DNA of 64,000 nt from an uncultured virus (IMG/VR IMGVR_UViG_3300031269_000004) (IMGVR_UViG_3300031269_000004), one strand, 5' to 3'; numbered from the stretch's first letter, positions 1 through 10,003 are shown. Program-made: numbers and translations. The notes: generated by a model from the sequence alone, not told the origin.

Positions 1-684
1 AAGTTTATCTACGAAGGCAATACTCGTCAATTTTATTATGACAAAATGGAAGACTCTGACTATGAGTACTTACCATTACAATTTTACATGTACAGTCAAG
101 GTCAGGTCAACCCAAGGCTAAAGCTAGCAGATTTCACTCTAGGTATTAGTTCATTTAAGGACAAAACTAGAGACACTATCATTGAGACTGTTAAAGAAAT
201 ACAGAGCGCTGGCGACATAACAGTTAACCTTAGATACTCAATGTATGATGCCATTACCGGTGTAAAAACAAAAAGCACAATCGTAAGCAGGAATGAGTAC
301 TTGCTAGAGGTTTTGGAATCTAAAATCACGCTAGTTGTGCCATCTTATCACATAGATACTTTTAGTATGCTTAGGTTTGTTGAATCTGTAATGCATGATT
401 GTTTACCTTTAGTTCATCAACATGCAATGTGGACACTAATACCTGACATAGAAGTTATGGCTATCGTAGCAAATAACTTACTAGTTGACAATAACAATTT
501 AGAACAAAAGTTGCATGAAATGTTAGACCAAGACAAGTGGCGCGAGGTACTTGACCGTTTGCAGGCAACAAAAATGTTTCAAGACATTATTGACCAGCGT
601 TGGTATACACCAATGATTGCACAATTGGCCTTGACGAAAAGGTCAGCTAACAATTTTGGCACTAATGGTTTAATTAAACTATAA
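1..684 (+). CDS. 5'-truncated ORF, possible glycosyltransferase (T4 beta-glucosyltransferase-like C-terminal domain)
   Basis: Frame is open from base 1 (KFIYEGNTRQFYYDK-M...). The segment KITLVVPSYHIDTFSMLRFVESVMHDCLPLV resembles the GT-B/BGT LR-x-x-E region. Confidence 0.4.
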   Translation, partial: KFIYEGNTRQFYYDKMEDSDYEYLPLQFYMYSQGQVNPRLKLADFTLGISSFKDKTRDTIIETVKEIQSAGDITVNLRYSMYDAITGVKTKSTIVSRNEYLLEVLESKITLVVPSYHIDTFSMLRFVESVMHDCLPLVHQHAMWTLIPDIEVMAIVANNLLVDNNNLEQKLHEMLDQDKWREVLDRLQATKMFQDIIDQRWYTPMIAQLALTKRSANNFGTNGLIKL

Positions 685-756
685 AACAGTTATTTTTTAT
701 TTTCTCTGTCAAAAAGAAAATGAATGGTGGAGTTAGGAATCAATAAATCAGTTCCC

Positions 757-861
757 GACCTTATTAATCTTAGGATTAAGTTTTCTTTGCAATCGAAATA
801 GGTTAAGATTGGCTAGTTGCTACAAGTAGCTAGATGAGGTTCGACTCCTCACTAAGGATCA
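757..861 (+). ncRNA. tRNA-like structured RNA (non-canonical)
   Basis: Perfect T-arm TGAGG-TTCGACT-CCTCA (835-851), 9-bp hairpin 813-833, stem 766-773/803-810, imperfect closing stem 757-763/853-860. No clean D or anticodon arm. Confidence 0.35.
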
Positions 862-1136
862 TTTTTACCGCATTGGTAAATACAAAATTGCATAGCTGTT
901 AGGCTTTCAATGGTTCATTAAGACGAGAGTTCGAATCTCTCCGAGTCCACTAAGAATAACATTTTAATATGGGCTCGACTGGCATTGATTAGTGAGTATG
1001 ATTTGATAGTTAGGATATGTGATACTTTAACGGACAACGTTAGACAATTAAACCCTAATCATGTTGCTCTAAGAGCAGCTGCATAAGGTAAGACATCGGA
1101 GGGCATCTTCAAATAGCCCTCCCCCTTTAGGGGGTT
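862..1136 (+). ncRNA. ssrA: Circularly permuted (two-piece) tmRNA
   Basis: The 3' tRNA-like end (GAGAG-TTCGAAT-CTCTC-CGAGTCC-A, 925-949) lies upstream of the 5' end GGGCTCG (971-977). The 7-bp acceptor stem has the G3:U70 Ala determinant. Tag frame 1033-1086 encodes DNVRQLNPNHVALRAAA*. Outer limits are approximate. Confidence 0.9.
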
Positions 1137-1143
1137 AAAAAAT

Positions 1144-1340
1144 AAAAAGACTTGTGTTAGTGAGGGTGTAAGTCCTTTCAAGATATCCACTAACTGGCTT
1201 TAAACCTACTCTTAAAGTGCCACCTATGTTTTAGTAGGCTAAGGAGGCCGAGTCTTTTACACCATTGAAAGTAACACAGTGAGTACGCTGTTAGATCAAA
1301 TACAGAAAGGGATTCAGTATTTGATAAACCAGAATCCCTG
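1144..1340 (+). ncRNA. Unassigned highly structured RNA with pseudoknots
   Basis: Nested stems AAAAGACTT/GAGTCTTTT, GTTAGTG/CACTAAC, GGCTT/AGGCC, CCTACT/AGTAGG. H-type pseudoknot 1295-1303/1317-1325 plus 1308-1315/1332-1339. No ORF. Confidence 0.5.
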
Positions 1341-1395
1341 AAAAACCCAAAGCTGGTTGCTTTCTTATTTGCTTATTGTTGGTTGTTATTTGTTG

Positions 1396-1427
1396 AAAGG
1401 CTAGTCAATCGTTGACTAGCTTTTTTT
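1396..1427 (+). terminator. Rho-independent terminator closing the ncRNA island
   Basis: GCTAGTCAA-TCG-TTGACTAGC followed by T7. Confidence 0.85.
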
Positions 1428-1479
1428 CTTGTGCCATGCTGGCCGCTAAGTTGTAAAAACTCATCATTACATGCAATGT

Positions 1480-1487
1480 ATACATAT
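1480..1487 (+). promoter_or_regulatory. Putative late promoter ATACATAT (representative copy)
   Basis: ATA(C/T)ATA recurs shortly upstream of structural or leader-tagged genes at 1480, 8365, 13121, 17127, 20279, 23280, 37976, 41883 and 51872. Confidence 0.6.
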
Positions 1488-1510
1488 ATTACTAAAAGTA
1501 AATTTAGACA

Positions 1511-4500
1511 ATGAACGACAATTCTCTAACAGCACAGCTCGAAAACGTAAACTTATATCACGCTAACATAGTAAAATTAGCAAACGGTTATATGCAAGCG
1601 CTTACTACTCAAGAGTCAGAAATTTCTGTTGCACTCGAAAATAAAGACGGTGGCATAACTAATGTCCTTATACCTTCAAATATTGCCTTGTCTAATAAGT
1701 TACAAAGACTATTACAATCTTTTGATAACTTATCAGGCTTAACTGAAAATCAATCTGCTCTGGTCGCACAGGACGGCAGTTTTAGAGAAATATTCGTAAC
1801 TTCTCATCGAAAATCACTGCCTTCTGTAATGGCAAGTGACATTGATATGGCATCTGATGTTAAACTATCAACAAACACAATTATTGAAAGCCTGCTGTCA
1901 CCCCTAACTGAAGTTGAGCTGACACTATCTGCTGATTACCAAAAGACTAGACAGACTAGAGTTACTAAGCTGTTTGTTACTGACGGTGATATGTCAACAT
2001 TTAGCGATGGTATGTCATACTCAGAAGCAAAAAGAATACTTGCAACTGGTGACTTTGTTTGGACAGAGCAAGAATATGATAAGTTAAATCAAGCAACACA
2101 GGCAAGATATTCAGGTGACTTTAATGTTACTAGCTCTGTTGCAACAGCCAACGATACTGTACTTGTAACACTTGAAAGTTTAAGATACAACGACAGTTTA
2201 AATGTAGTTGAACAGTCAAAAAGACTAGATGTTGGTGACGCGCTAACAACAAAAGATGGCTCAGTAAGAATATCAATACAGTCTATTAACGCAAAATCAG
2301 ATGTGCTTACTTGTATTTATGATGCTGGTATTGGTTCAATCTTAACTGGTGAAGCACAGCTTTCAATTCTGTCAACAGAAGAGTCAAAGGCTATTATTAG
2401 AATACCTGTTAGACTTAAAGAGCAGTCAATAATTTTTATTAGTCCAATTAACGATCAAACTGGTTTTGCTAGTTCTAAAAGTACAGCAAAACTTTTTATT
2501 GCTGATAACTTTACAGTTGTACAGGCAGGTGAAACATTTAGATTTAACGAATTCTTTTCAAGTAAAGTGGCAGATGTTGGTCGTTACTTTGAATCTATAG
2601 TTAGAGAAAGCTTAATACCTGCAAATCTTGGACAAACACCAACAAAACCAACACTTATAGCTCAAGACTTTGAAGTTGTTCAAATAAATGCACACCTAAC
2701 AAATTCACCTACGACAGAAAAGTTAAGAAAAATACAAAAAGAAAAAGATGTTATAACTTCACAAATAGAAGTCTTAAACAGTTCTATTTTTACCTTAACG
2801 TCTAAAATCGCACAAGGTAACTATAGCACTGTTTCAAAAAGAGAAAATGATGTTTCAAAACGAACTGCAATTATTAATGATAAAATGCAAAAGACATCTT
2901 TGCTAGGCTCTTTAGTCGGTGACATAAACACATTGCTTAAGAATACATCAGAACAGGCAAGCATCAGTCCTAAATACAGGGTTCGTGGCTTTTGGCCAAT
3001 ACAACGTGACATACCGTCTGACATAACGGACCCACAAAAAATAGTACAATATCAGGCAAGGTTTAGATACGTATCTAATGTAGGTAACAGTGCCAATGCT
3101 ACTCAATTAGTCTATACTGACGGTGAAAATAAAGTTAGTGCTAGCTTTACACCTTGGACTACAGTTAAAACAGAACCCCTTAATAGAGTTGTTGACAAAG
3201 ACGGTAATTCAAAATGGTCAATTAATAGTCCATCTGATAGTGATCAGTCAAACATTAATCAGCTAGATGTCGCAATTCAATATGGTGAAAGTGTAGAATT
3301 TCAAGTTAAGGCAATGTCTGAAGCAGGTTGGCCGGTTGCACCTGTTATGTCTGACTGGTCTGACTTAGTCAGGGTTGACTTTCCAGTTGAACTGCTGCAA
3401 GAATCAGACACTGCAGCAATAGCAAGAAAAAATACAGAAGATGCATTAACAGTTAGAGTGCAGCAAGAATTTAACAATCAAGGCATAACTGAACATCTTG
3501 CTGGCAGCTTTAGAGAACAAGAAAAGTTTTTTGCACACGAGGCTAAACGGATTGCATCTGGTTATGTGACAAACGAACAAACAACGATTTCAATGTTTGA
3601 ATACACTAGCCTGCTAGAAAACAGAATTAAATTACTAGAAGAATTAGTCGATAGAAGATATGCCACCGTTTCAGTACAACTAGTTGATGAAGACCTTAGA
3701 ACATACGATGTTAATAACTTTTCAACTGTTAAGTTGTTTGCTGGTTACTATACAGAAGAGGTTGATCTAACGGAACAATCTAACTGGGGTTCAATAGTAA
3801 CTAAGCAATTTTATCTTAGGTTAATGAATCGTAATGCACAAACGGTTGAATTGCTTTCAATTACGCCTGGTTCATTAAATCAAAATGTAGACAATGCAGC
3901 ATACGATAAATCAGCACTGCTTATTAGTGGTTCGAATGAGGTCATAGACCAAAAACAAGGTCAAATATTTTACAATAGAGCAACAAACATTAATGGTGAT
4001 GCTGATTTATACTTAGCAACTGGTGGTGAAAGCTCTACGTTGGTTAGCCCTGCTGATATTGACACTACTGCAGTAGACTCTGCCAAAAACGTTATACAGC
4101 TAGATGGTGGTCTTGTAGAAAACTTTAAGTTGTTAAGCTCTGCTGCTCTTAATGGTTATGTTGCAATGACTAACTTACACCCTGCATATTTAGAATATAG
4201 AGCACAGCAAGACATTACAATTTTACAAACTGAATTCGATAGAATAAAGCACTTTAACTCTCTTTACAGGGAAGTAATGGTACAAAATGCAAAAAGCAAT
4301 GACTTAATTATTGGCTTTAAACAAGATGACAAATATCTTGTAGGTCAAAATACAGTAGGTGCTGCTGCGTACGTTGACCTAAACAGTCTTAGTTCATATC
4401 AAGTAGAAGGCATAGACTCTAGCGCATCAAAGCAAATATTTTCTGGTGAACAAGATAGCATATTAATACCTATCATGTTCCAATACAGAATGACTGATGC

Positions 4501-4711
4501 TCTAGGTAATCCAAGTGGCGTCAGTGGTAATACGATGAATAGCCAATTTGAATACACTAAAAAAATAGGCTTTGATCTTTTAATTTCAGGCAAGAAGTTT
4601 ACATTTGACGTTAACATAAACGCTAAATTTAGACCAACAACTGCATCAAATACTAGCTTAGGTATTCAACCAACAACTTCTATTAATGCAACGCAAGCAA
4701 ACATAATTTAA
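1511..4711 (+). CDS. Large putative virion structural protein (baseplate or tail associated)
   Basis: 1066 aa, S/T/N-rich beta-type sequence with a central coiled coil; late-type motif upstream; morphogenesis context. Confidence 0.5.
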   Translation: MNDNSLTAQLENVNLYHANIVKLANGYMQALTTQESEISVALENKDGGITNVLIPSNIALSNKLQRLLQSFDNLSGLTENQSALVAQDGSFREIFVTSHRKSLPSVMASDIDMASDVKLSTNTIIESLLSPLTEVELTLSADYQKTRQTRVTKLFVTDGDMSTFSDGMSYSEAKRILATGDFVWTEQEYDKLNQATQARYSGDFNVTSSVATANDTVLVTLESLRYNDSLNVVEQSKRLDVGDALTTKDGSVRISIQSINAKSDVLTCIYDAGIGSILTGEAQLSILSTEESKAIIRIPVRLKEQSIIFISPINDQTGFASSKSTAKLFIADNFTVVQAGETFRFNEFFSSKVADVGRYFESIVRESLIPANLGQTPTKPTLIAQDFEVVQINAHLTNSPTTEKLRKIQKEKDVITSQIEVLNSSIFTLTSKIAQGNYSTVSKRENDVSKRTAIINDKMQKTSLLGSLVGDINTLLKNTSEQASISPKYRVRGFWPIQRDIPSDITDPQKIVQYQARFRYVSNVGNSANATQLVYTDGENKVSASFTPWTTVKTEPLNRVVDKDGNSKWSINSPSDSDQSNINQLDVAIQYGESVEFQVKAMSEAGWPVAPVMSDWSDLVRVDFPVELLQESDTAAIARKNTEDALTVRVQQEFNNQGITEHLAGSFREQEKFFAHEAKRIASGYVTNEQTTISMFEYTSLLENRIKLLEELVDRRYATVSVQLVDEDLRTYDVNNFSTVKLFAGYYTEEVDLTEQSNWGSIVTKQFYLRLMNRNAQTVELLSITPGSLNQNVDNAAYDKSALLISGSNEVIDQKQGQIFYNRATNINGDADLYLATGGESSTLVSPADIDTTAVDSAKNVIQLDGGLVENFKLLSSAALNGYVAMTNLHPAYLEYRAQQDITILQTEFDRIKHFNSLYREVMVQNAKSNDLIIGFKQDDKYLVGQNTVGAAAYVDLNSLSSYQVEGIDSSASKQIFSGEQDSILIPIMFQYRMTDALGNPSGVSGNTMNSQFEYTKKIGFDLLISGKKFTFDVNINAKFRPTTASNTSLGIQPTTSINATQANII

Positions 4712-4731
4712 CACGACAATAAGTAAAAAAT

Positions 4732-7119
4732 ATGAAAGATTTAACATCTTCCGGTTTAGTTTTACGAACACTAGACGCATCAGATTGGCCAAAATTTGTT
4801 GAAGACATGAACTTTAATTTGACTCAAATTTTAAATCTACCTGGGTTTAAAGGTCAGCCTGGTTTATCTGTAACAGGACCAGCCGGTGTTGGTATTAGAG
4901 GATCAAAATGGGTTTTCGTGAAAATGTCAGACATGCAAAATGTTTACAATATTACAGATGCTTCTGAAGTTGACTTAGCGTTTATAAATCAATCATTTGA
5001 CAATGACTCTGCTCTATTGTTTTCTTCTCTTGACATACCTAGCGACGATGAATTAATTATTGGTGATCTTTTAGTTTTGCCAGAAGGTCAAATCATAGAA
5101 TTGTCAGAAGTCGTTAACGGCAACCAAACAACAGTCCAGTTTACAGACACTGGTGTAACATTTGCTCAAGTTTCATCTTTATCAGAATCTAGAGTTCGTG
5201 CAATTTTTAATGAATTGTTTCAAGGCGGCAACCAAACAAACGGTTCGTTTAGAAACTATGCTGCGGTGGCCAAAAATAACACTGATGCAAGCCCAGCAGT
5301 CAATCAAAATATTAACAATGACTCTATTATTGACATATTGGTTAGCAGTTCTGGCCCAGGCGCTGCATTACCGACACATAAATTTGTTGCTGCAACTGAA
5401 CAAGATGTAACAACAGACACTCAAATGTGTTTGATAGCTGGATCACCAGTTAGATATCATGAATTGTTACAAGAAACTCAACGAATACACACTAATAACT
5501 ATGCACCAGGCATAGACGACTTTGCTGCCCAAGTTATATTGCAAAACTCATACAAAAATGGACTTATTTTTGGTCACAGAAACTCAGAATCTATACGACA
5601 ATTTGGTCGACTGTATCGTTCTGTTAATTCAACGATATTAACAAGTTCATATTCACCATTAGAAAATGAATACTCAGATATTCAACTAAGCGATGATGCG
5701 GTAACAATACGAGCAAACAGAGGTGTTATTAGAACGACTTCTCTTGAAATCATGGCTGGTGTCCTAACATCTGAATTTCTTTCTTGGTCTGGTAACACAG
5801 TAAAACTAGCAAACAAGGCAAACGCAAAGTTAGAAATTTGGGCACCAGAAGGCACATATTTAAAATCAATTGTAGATGCAAATGTATTGTCAACCGATGC
5901 AACAGGTAAACTAATTAAAGCATACACAGTCCTAACTGCTATGCCGACAACTGCAACAAATTCTCAACTACTAACAGCATTGGCCGTTGCTAATTATAGA
6001 ATTGCAGTTAATACTAGACTGGATGCATTAGAATCGGATGTAACTGATCTACAAAATCAAGACACATCAACATATTTTAAGAAAACTGTTTGGTATGCGT
6101 CTGCTACTAACCTAAATAGCATTACTGTTCATGGTAACAGCCTCGTTGCTATAGGTACTGCAATTTCTAATTTCTTGCCTAATGTAACAGCTGCACCAGC
6201 AGACATGCATATCAACACTTTTGTCATTGACAATGGTGGCACAAAAAATAGAATGTTGCAAGAAGTAACAATGACTGGCGGCACACTAGGTAACTACATG
6301 CTTGGTGTTAAATGGTTTAGGACTGCTGAAAAGGCAGGTACTGCACAATGGCAATTTTCTGCATGGTCTAAAACAGTCACCAACATAGATGTTCCAACTG
6401 GAGACTCAGCGATTGTTGTATCTGGTTCTTTTGCAGATGAATTAAGAATTAGACATGCAGGAACAACTGCAACGTCAACAAACAATGTACAGCCGACCGA
6501 GGCAGTCAAAAACATTACATTGGATGAATTTGGTCACGTCAGACGTATTGATTCTGAAGACTATGCTAATGTTTTCTTAGGTATTAATGGGCCAGTTAGC
6601 CAATTGCATTGGTCTGCAACAAATCAAACAGCACTAAGCATATATCTTTCAGAGTTTATGCGAATAAATAGACCAATGGTTGTTGTAACAGGAACGTTTG
6701 ATATTTATGACGGTCAAACTACAACTTGGGTGTCATTAGGACAATATACAGCAACGAACTCTTCGTTTGATGCTGTAGGACCCGGTCATACTGTTATAAA
6801 AAGTCTAGTTAAATGGAAAAGAACAAGCCTAGGTGGTCACTATGATTTCGTAGATATTGAAATATACCCTGACGCTTCTGCAACAGCAGCAGAACGAGTA
6901 ACATGGAATGATTTACAAGTTATTGCACTACTTACAGTTAGAGAAGGCAGTGCTGATAGAGAACCAATATTTGCACCACAAGAAACAAGAGCAGTAGTCA
7001 CAGGTTCAGTTAGCGGATCAACTGTTAGAAGATTTGCACTTCATGAAGGTAACGGACCTGTTCAAGAAGTTTCATTAAAAATAGTTGTACAACGAAGAAG
7101 AACGTATTTACCTTTATAG
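4732..7119 (+). CDS. Putative tail fibre or baseplate structural protein
   Basis: 795 aa; short collagen-like GFKGQPG..GPAG..GIRG near the N-terminus, T/S-rich body, short coiled coil. Confidence 0.5.
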   Translation: MKDLTSSGLVLRTLDASDWPKFVEDMNFNLTQILNLPGFKGQPGLSVTGPAGVGIRGSKWVFVKMSDMQNVYNITDASEVDLAFINQSFDNDSALLFSSLDIPSDDELIIGDLLVLPEGQIIELSEVVNGNQTTVQFTDTGVTFAQVSSLSESRVRAIFNELFQGGNQTNGSFRNYAAVAKNNTDASPAVNQNINNDSIIDILVSSSGPGAALPTHKFVAATEQDVTTDTQMCLIAGSPVRYHELLQETQRIHTNNYAPGIDDFAAQVILQNSYKNGLIFGHRNSESIRQFGRLYRSVNSTILTSSYSPLENEYSDIQLSDDAVTIRANRGVIRTTSLEIMAGVLTSEFLSWSGNTVKLANKANAKLEIWAPEGTYLKSIVDANVLSTDATGKLIKAYTVLTAMPTTATNSQLLTALAVANYRIAVNTRLDALESDVTDLQNQDTSTYFKKTVWYASATNLNSITVHGNSLVAIGTAISNFLPNVTAAPADMHINTFVIDNGGTKNRMLQEVTMTGGTLGNYMLGVKWFRTAEKAGTAQWQFSAWSKTVTNIDVPTGDSAIVVSGSFADELRIRHAGTTATSTNNVQPTEAVKNITLDEFGHVRRIDSEDYANVFLGINGPVSQLHWSATNQTALSIYLSEFMRINRPMVVVTGTFDIYDGQTTTWVSLGQYTATNSSFDAVGPGHTVIKSLVKWKRTSLGGHYDFVDIEIYPDASATAAERVTWNDLQVIALLTVREGSADREPIFAPQETRAVVTGSVSGSTVRRFALHEGNGPVQEVSLKIVVQRRRTYLPL

Positions 7120-7149
7120 CATTTTTTCTTGCTAACTATTGGCTGTGAT

Positions 7150-7158
7150 TGTTTAATT
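7150..7158 (+). promoter_or_regulatory. Putative middle promoter TGTTTAATT (representative copy)
   Basis: Identical intergenic 9-mer at 7150, 28002, 30715, 32431, 34107, 55756 and 59947, upstream of SSB, nrdA and other non-structural genes. Confidence 0.6.
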
Positions 7159-7180
7159 TACTAAAATAAAATATTAAAAA

Positions 7181-7825
7181 ATGGCAAAAGCATTCCCAGA
7201 ATTATGTGGTCAGTGGTCAAAAAAGACAAACACTGGCGGCACAGAAGTTATATATGTTATAGAAATTGACGGCAACATGGCTAAAGCGGTAGGCAAAAAC
7301 ATACCAGTCGACGAACTAAAATCAAATTGGACTAAAGTTAATGATGATTTTGGTGATCCATTTAAGTCTATGTCTGGTATGCAAGGTATGGATCGTGACC
7401 TTATCCGAGAACAAAAAGATACGATTGAACCACCTGAAGTCAAAGCAACCAAAGTTGATGACGTAGGGCAACCTAAACCTCTTGTTGATGACTTAGGGCA
7501 ACCTGAAGCAAAAGTTTATGAAGAGACAAAGCCAGAAGAGCCACAACCAATCTCAGGTAAGCATAAATTTATACACGACGCAATTAAAATGCAAGAGTCT
7601 AAGAACAAGCAAAGTAAACTTTCTCTTAATTTTGAATTAGTTATACCTTGTGACATTAACAAACTAAAGATCGTAGCCAATTCTATGGATATTGAATACG
7701 AAGTAGTATCAGATGTTATTATGGAACTATTACAAGGACAAACAGAAGACTTCTTTAATCAAGTAAGTAAAGCAGTTAGCAATAACTTACGTGACGATAA
7801 TGATAGAGCTAAGCAAAGTGTCTAA
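7181..7825 (+). CDS. Hypothetical protein
   Basis: 214-aa ORF after a TGTTTAATT motif; internal repeat VDD(V/L)GQP. Confidence 0.7.
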   Translation: MAKAFPELCGQWSKKTNTGGTEVIYVIEIDGNMAKAVGKNIPVDELKSNWTKVNDDFGDPFKSMSGMQGMDRDLIREQKDTIEPPEVKATKVDDVGQPKPLVDDLGQPEAKVYEETKPEEPQPISGKHKFIHDAIKMQESKNKQSKLSLNFELVIPCDINKLKIVANSMDIEYEVVSDVIMELLQGQTEDFFNQVSKAVSNNLRDDNDRAKQSV

Positions 7826-8303
7826 TGAAACGATTTTTGATCAAAGACTATTTGAAGTTGGTGAATACTGTTATGCTATAGCCGCTAGTGTAACAGAGCC
7901 TTTCTTATACACTAGATTTAGATGTACAGTTGCTAAACGTAAAATAAATAATGACGCAGTAACATACTTTTTAGCCATAGAAGAATTGCTAGAGACTAAA
8001 GAATGGGCTCAGCTGCATGTACATCGTAACCGTTTTAGAACTTGGCATACTGCGGCGAATAGAGGTCAACTAAAGTCGCTAGACTGTTTTGACTTGCTTG
8101 TTGATATGTCAACCTTTGAGCAAAAATTTAGCAAACGATACCGACACTTAACTTTAGTAGTCTCTTCTGTCCATGTTGCCGTGACAAGAGAACACATAAA
8201 TGCTATCTGTGAACAAACAGTAGATATTGTATCTAGCCACCTAAAGAGTTCGTTAGATACAATTAGACTGCGACACGCAGAACTTAACAAAATGGCACAA
8301 TAA
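7800..8303 (+). CDS. Hypothetical protein
   Basis: ORF overlapping the previous stop; ATG at 7800 is the likely start. Confidence 0.65.
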   Translation: MIELSKVSNETIFDQRLFEVGEYCYAIAASVTEPFLYTRFRCTVAKRKINNDAVTYFLAIEELLETKEWAQLHVHRNRFRTWHTAANRGQLKSLDCFDLLVDMSTFEQKFSKRYRHLTLVVSSVHVAVTREHINAICEQTVDIVSSHLKSSLDTIRLRHAELNKMAQ

Positions 8304-8330
8304 CAAAAACATTACAGATTACATATACTG

Positions 8331-8358
8331 AACGCTTGATAAAGTCAAGCGTTTTTTT
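8331..8358 (+). terminator. Rho-independent terminator
   Basis: AACGCTTGA-TAAAG-TCAAGCGTT plus T tract. Confidence 0.8.
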
Positions 8359-8388
8359 CTTGTTATACATATAATAAACAGGATTAGT

Positions 8389-9975
8389 ATGTCGGACAAC
8401 TCAATAATAGAAACTAAAGACACATCACCTTTTTATACATCACCTCATCGAGTAGATGAAGATAAAAAGTCAAAACTGCCTAATGCAGCAAAACGATATA
8501 CTGATGTTGGCCCAACTGAAACACCTAGAGGCTTAGAAGATATTAGAGATGCAGATGGCAATCCAGTTGCAACTAATATTGGTGAATTGCCTAGGTCGTC
8601 AAATCCATATTTTAACCTAAGAGTTAAGTCTAGTGGTTCTAATAACTACCCACTATTTGACGAAGAGTCTAGAGATCAAGCAGACCTGTATGCTAACATA
8701 TCAGCAAAAGACCTAGTCGAGCAACCTAAAGGTGCAAGTGTTTATTCTGCAGATGATTTCTTATATGCTAGTCAATTTGGTAAAATGCCACTAAATAGAT
8801 TAATAACATTAAGACGTTTCGCTTTTGCAACTAATGATGATATTTTTAGTCAAACAAGTCAACCTGAACCAGATATTTGCAGGGCAATAACTTACTTTGA
8901 CCAAGAAAAAAATAAGCTTTCAGATATTTTAACTTTTTCTTCTGGTCTAAAATGGAAGCAATTAGACAGTGCATCGGAACGGGCTGAAATGCTTGGTGAT
9001 CAAAACGGTATTGGTGGTGTTGTGGGTAAAGCAATGAAAGTTGTTGATCCTAAGTACGGTCAAGAGTCATTAGCTGGTGCAAACCGGGTTAATTACGATC
9101 CTCAGCATGACAGCAATAGGGTATATGGTCCAGTTGATAGTATTAGTTCTGCAAGTATAAGAGAAATTGGATTAAAATTTGAACATAACATTGAACTAGA
9201 GTTTTCATATGAAATGCGATCAATCAATGGTGTTAATCAAAAGGCAGCATTCATAGACCTGCTTTCAAACTTAGTCCTAATGTCAACTAACGACGCTAAA
9301 TTTTGGGGTGGCGCAAGGCACTGGGTTGGTGTACAACCATCAAAATATATGAATGACATGAAAGCATTGTCACCTAAAAACTTTAATGATTTTGTCAAAA
9401 CGTCGACTACATCAATGAAATCTCTTTTAGGTACAATGTCTCAGAAATCATCAGCAAAAGATACACTTAAAAACATAGCAAACAATGCTATGAACTTGGC
9501 ACTAGGTAAAATGCTTAATGTGCTTGGTCGACCAGGTATACCTGTTATGAATTCATTACTAACAGGAAACCCAATAGGACCATGGCACGTAACTATTGGC
9601 AATCCAATGAACCCAATACTAGTTGCAGGTGACCTTATTATGGACGATTCAACAATTAGTTTTGGTGATAAAATTGGATATGATGACTTTCCAACAGAAT
9701 TAAAGCTAGTAGTTAAAATGAAACACGCCAAACCAAGAGATAGAGCTGCAATAGAATCTATGTTTAATGCAGGTAAAGGTCGAACTTACATGAAACCTAC
9801 TAATGTTTTCGACAATCAAACAAGGGATCAACTTAATAGTAGCAGTACTAATCCAAGCGTTTTGACTGAATTGCAAACACAAATGATACAATCGACAAAT
9901 TGGGGTGACTTTGGTGAGGCTGATGTTCTAAGAAACAGGGACGCTGTGTGGTCATTTCTTAAAAAAGACGCATAA
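8389..9975 (+). CDS. Putative structural protein (possible baseplate or tail-tube initiator)
   Basis: 528 aa, late-type motif upstream, morphogenesis context; specific function is a guess. Confidence 0.4.
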   Translation: MSDNSIIETKDTSPFYTSPHRVDEDKKSKLPNAAKRYTDVGPTETPRGLEDIRDADGNPVATNIGELPRSSNPYFNLRVKSSGSNNYPLFDEESRDQADLYANISAKDLVEQPKGASVYSADDFLYASQFGKMPLNRLITLRRFAFATNDDIFSQTSQPEPDICRAITYFDQEKNKLSDILTFSSGLKWKQLDSASERAEMLGDQNGIGGVVGKAMKVVDPKYGQESLAGANRVNYDPQHDSNRVYGPVDSISSASIREIGLKFEHNIELEFSYEMRSINGVNQKAAFIDLLSNLVLMSTNDAKFWGGARHWVGVQPSKYMNDMKALSPKNFNDFVKTSTTSMKSLLGTMSQKSSAKDTLKNIANNAMNLALGKMLNVLGRPGIPVMNSLLTGNPIGPWHVTIGNPMNPILVAGDLIMDDSTISFGDKIGYDDFPTELKLVVKMKHAKPRDRAAIESMFNAGKGRTYMKPTNVFDNQTRDQLNSSSTNPSVLTELQTQMIQSTNWGDFGEADVLRNRDAVWSFLKKDA

Positions 9976-10003
9976 CTAGAAACAAATTAAAATTAATACA
10001 ATT

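Noticed and set aside
1144..1360. RNase P RNA or group I intron
   Set aside because: Only fragments such as AAGTCC and ACAGAAA resemble the conserved motifs. The P4 pairing of RNase P and an intron core could not be built.
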